From the NCBI GenBank assembly GCA_025055435.1, contig JANWWN010000012.1, forward strand, positions 212 to 64,211: a stretch of DNA of 64,000 nt. The letters run 5' to 3'. This document shows positions 62,176 to 64,000 of this stretch, one piece after another. The stretch's first letter is position 1. Every line of letters starts with the position of its first letter. The DNA is from Cyclobacteriaceae bacterium. GTDB lineage: Bacteria; Bacteroidota; Bacteroidia; Cytophagales; Cyclobacteriaceae. A model generated the notes under the pieces. That model made no database searches and was not told the origin of the DNA. It saw only the letters and a list, made by a program, of their open reading frames with translations. The position numbers and the translations under genes are program-made.

Positions 62176-63509
62176 AACTCTGGCAAAAACACTCCACGCT
62201 TCATCCCGACATGGAAAAATTTACCGCTGGCCGCGATCGGGAGTTCGATTTGTGGCTGGCGCCCTGGGATGTAATCGGCTCGCTGGCGCATGTAATCATG
62301 CTGGGCGAAACAGGCCTGCTTACGCCGGAAGAAACGCGGCAGCTGGTCAACGGCCTGCGCGGTATTTATCAACAGATGGAACGCGGGGAATTTGTGCTGG
62401 AAGCCGGCGTGGAAGATGTACACTCGCAGGTGGAACTCATGCTTACCCGCCAACTGGGCGAAGTGGGAAAAAAAATCCACACCGGGCGTTCGCGCAACGA
62501 CCAGGTACTTACCGATATCCGACTGTTTGTGCGCTACGAAATACAGCAGGTGGTGCAACGCGTGGTGCAGCTCGCTGAGCTGCTGCTGGAGCGGGCCGAA
62601 CGCCACAAGGATGTTATTATACCCGGCTATACCCACAGCCAGCCGGCCATGCCTTCGAGCTTCGGGTTGTGGTTCAGCGCATGGGCCGAAAGCCTGGTTG
62701 ACGACCTGATTATGCTGGAGGCGGCCTGGCGCATCATCAACAAAAATCCGTTGGGCTCGGCAGCCGGTTACGGCACATCGTTTCCGTTGAACCGCAGGCG
62801 CACCACCGAACTGCTGGGTTTTGATAACCTGAACTATAACGTGGTGTATGCGCAAATGGGGCGCGGAAAGACCGAACGGGTGATGGCTGTGGCCCTGGCA
62901 CAGGTGGCAGCTACGCTGGCCCGCCTGTCAGCCGATGTTATATTGTTTGTTAACCCGCAGTTTGGATTGCTGCGTCTGCCCGATGCGCTAACCACCGGCT
63001 CCAGTATTATGCCGCATAAAAAAAATCCCGATGGCTTTGAGCTGGTACGCGCCTATGCCAACCGGCTGCAGGCGCTGCCCAACACCGTGGCGCTGGTGTG
63101 CGCCAACCTGATGTCGGGATATCACCGTGACTATCAGATACTCAAGGAAGAACTGTTTCCTGCCTTCCGCCAGCTGGAAGCGTGCCTCAACATTACCCAC
63201 CTTATGCTGTCGCAGATAGAAATAATGACCGACCTGTCCGGCCGAAACTGTCCGGATGAGCTGTTCAGTGTTGAGGAGGTGAACAGACGCGTAATGAAGG
63301 GAGTGCCTTTCCGCGATGCCTATCAGCAGGTGAAGGATGAACTGGCGGCAGGCACCTTTAAGCCCGACCGTACCGTGGCACATACCCATGAGGGCAGTGC
63401 AGGTAATTTATGCCTGCCGGAGATCAGGAGGATGATGGAAGAAGTACTGAGCCACTTTGATTTTGCTAAAGCCGGACAGGCGGTGGAGCATCTTTTAAAG
63501 CGCTATTGA
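62172..63509 (+). CDS. argH: argininosuccinate lyase
   Basis: 445 aa. Fumarate-lyase signature GSSIMPHKKNPD. TGRSRNDQV. ATGA overlap with argE. Confidence 0.93.
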   Translation: MKLWQKHSTLHPDMEKFTAGRDREFDLWLAPWDVIGSLAHVIMLGETGLLTPEETRQLVNGLRGIYQQMERGEFVLEAGVEDVHSQVELMLTRQLGEVGKKIHTGRSRNDQVLTDIRLFVRYEIQQVVQRVVQLAELLLERAERHKDVIIPGYTHSQPAMPSSFGLWFSAWAESLVDDLIMLEAAWRIINKNPLGSAAGYGTSFPLNRRRTTELLGFDNLNYNVVYAQMGRGKTERVMAVALAQVAATLARLSADVILFVNPQFGLLRLPDALTTGSSIMPHKKNPDGFELVRAYANRLQALPNTVALVCANLMSGYHRDYQILKEELFPAFRQLEACLNITHLMLSQIEIMTDLSGRNCPDELFSVEEVNRRVMKGVPFRDAYQQVKDELAAGTFKPDRTVAHTHEGSAGNLCLPEIRRMMEEVLSHFDFAKAGQAVEHLLKRY

Positions 63510-63518
63510 AGTTTAATG

Positions 63519-63550
63519 GTCGTTCGTGTTAATGCGACTTTTTCTTTTTT
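63519..63550 (+). terminator. weak candidate terminator after argH
   Basis: Short stem gtcg (63519-63522) pairs with cgac (63535-63538), followed by the T-run tttttctttttt. The stem is only 4 bp. Confidence 0.3.
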
Positions 63551-63701
63551 GCGGCTCTTAAACACAGCTACAGGCTGCAAGCTGCAAGTCGTGTTGTTGG
63601 TTAACATCCTCTTCTTCATTGACTGATAAATACCAGCATCATTCCAGTTAGGCATTGCCAAACAGATTTAAAGCTTACTCTCAGTATAAAACTCATTAAA
63701 G

Positions 63702-63973
63702 CTCTTTCAAATGGAGGGTGTGGCTTCGGCAAGCTCAGCCACCGAGAGAGGAGTTGGTTGCTTGTCCCTGCCGGAGGCGGGATAATCCTCTTTCAAATGG
63801 AGGGTGTTAACACCTCAAAAGGTGGAGGCCGCGCGGTCGAGGAAGTTGTAATCCTCTTTCAAATGGAGGGTGTGGCTTCGGCAAGCTCAGCCACCGGGAG
63901 AGGCGTTGAGGTTGCTTGTCCCTGCCGCAGGCGGGATAATCCTCTTTCAAATGGAGGGTGTTAACACCTAAAG
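63702..63973. repeat. composite structured tandem repeat (A-B-A-B, unit about 152-154 bp) reaching toward the window edge
   Basis: The core (aat)cctctttcaaatggagggtg occurs four times: 63702-63720, 63784-63806, 63850-63872 and 63938-63960. The inserts alternate. Type A is tggcttcggcaagctcagccacc...cttgtccctgccg.aggcgggat. Type B is ttaacacct.aaa..., whose first copy continues ...ggtggaggccgcgcggtcgaggaagttgt. Confidence 0.85.
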
Positions 63974-64000
63974 CGTTGATTGAACGATTTCTGTTTGGTT

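Noticed and set aside
62127-62855. 242-aa minus-strand ORF
   Set aside because: It is entirely antisense to the strongly supported argE/argH genes. Its Arg/Gly/His/Pro-rich composition is typical of GC-rich antisense frames.
63758-63964. 68-aa ORF with repeated ILFQMEGV peptide
   Set aside because: It is an artefact of translating through the tandem repeat. It has no start context and its low-complexity repetition mirrors the DNA repeat.
63702-63973. Possible CRISPR array: a repeated core of about 23 nt with intervening sequences
   Set aside because: The spacers are not unique. Inserts 1 and 3 are near-identical, and copies 2 and 4 share the same continuation. The spacings are unequal (about 63, 43 and 65 nt). 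There are only four copies and no cas genes in the window. A composite tandem repeat explains it better.
1-64000. tRNA, rRNA, transposase, integrase, retron, DGR or cas genes
   Set aside because: I scanned the intergenic regions by eye: 3536-3666, 10816-10897, 13004-13116, 18869-19003, 24088-24201, 43767-43943, 45552-45799, 52115-52241, 53310-53477, 54093-54451 and 63510-64000. There are no T-loop-like GGTTCGAATCC-type motifs or cloverleaf-sized conserved blocks. No ORF carries DDE, tyrosine-recombinase or reverse-transcriptase motifs.

Overview
The window is a 64-kb, densely coding chromosomal segment, about 90% coding, that looks like Bacteroidota (Cytophagia/Chitinophagia/Sphingobacteriia-like). 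Supporting signs are a T9SS type-B C-terminal sorting domain with a PorP/SprF partner, a DUF4197 protein, a HYC_CC_PP-type protein, TAnnTTTG-type -7 promoter boxes, and a Bacteroidetes-style arg operon that begins with a GNAT gene and carries argF'. I found no rRNA, tRNA, transposase, integrase or cas genes.

Main blocks, in order:
- 1-7.4 kb: OmpA tail, BNR/sortilin-like protein, MFS transporter and a TPR sensor kinase.
- 7.4-10.8 kb: a tightly coupled minus-strand operon of 2-oxoacid dehydrogenase E2, an orphan ParA-like ATPase, a 106-aa ORF and a trans-sulfuration enzyme.
- 11.2-13.0 kb: cinA translationally coupled to a DprA/SLOG-like Rossmann protein.
- 13-24 kb: DUF4197 protein, lipoprotein, PaaN, M16 peptidase, TonB-dependent receptor, deoxyhypusine-synthase-like protein and argS.
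- 24.2-27.5 kb: a secreted coiled-coil protein coupled to a secreted TPR-CHAT protease.
- 27.6-38.6 kb: an 11-kb single-strand copper/silver resistance cluster, trx-copA-[MazF-type TA]-copZ-HYC_CC_PP-RND pump-OMF-adaptor.
- 38.7-39.3 kb: a HigBA module.
- 39.3-45.6 kb: asnB-pfk-tsaC operon and a GH20 hexosaminidase.
- 46.8-53.3 kb: a 1756-aa T9SS type-B adhesin divergent from its PorP/SprF partner.
- 54.4-63.5 kb: a nine-gene arginine operon with a long structured leader.
- 63.7-64.0 kb: a composite structured tandem repeat running into the window edge.

No unambiguous novel system is evident. The best leads are the ParA-like pair inside a metabolic operon, the toxin-antitoxin module translationally wired into the metal operon, the secreted TPR-CHAT pair, the arg leader, and the terminal repeat array. 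All functional calls rest on motif recognition by eye; no searches were run.
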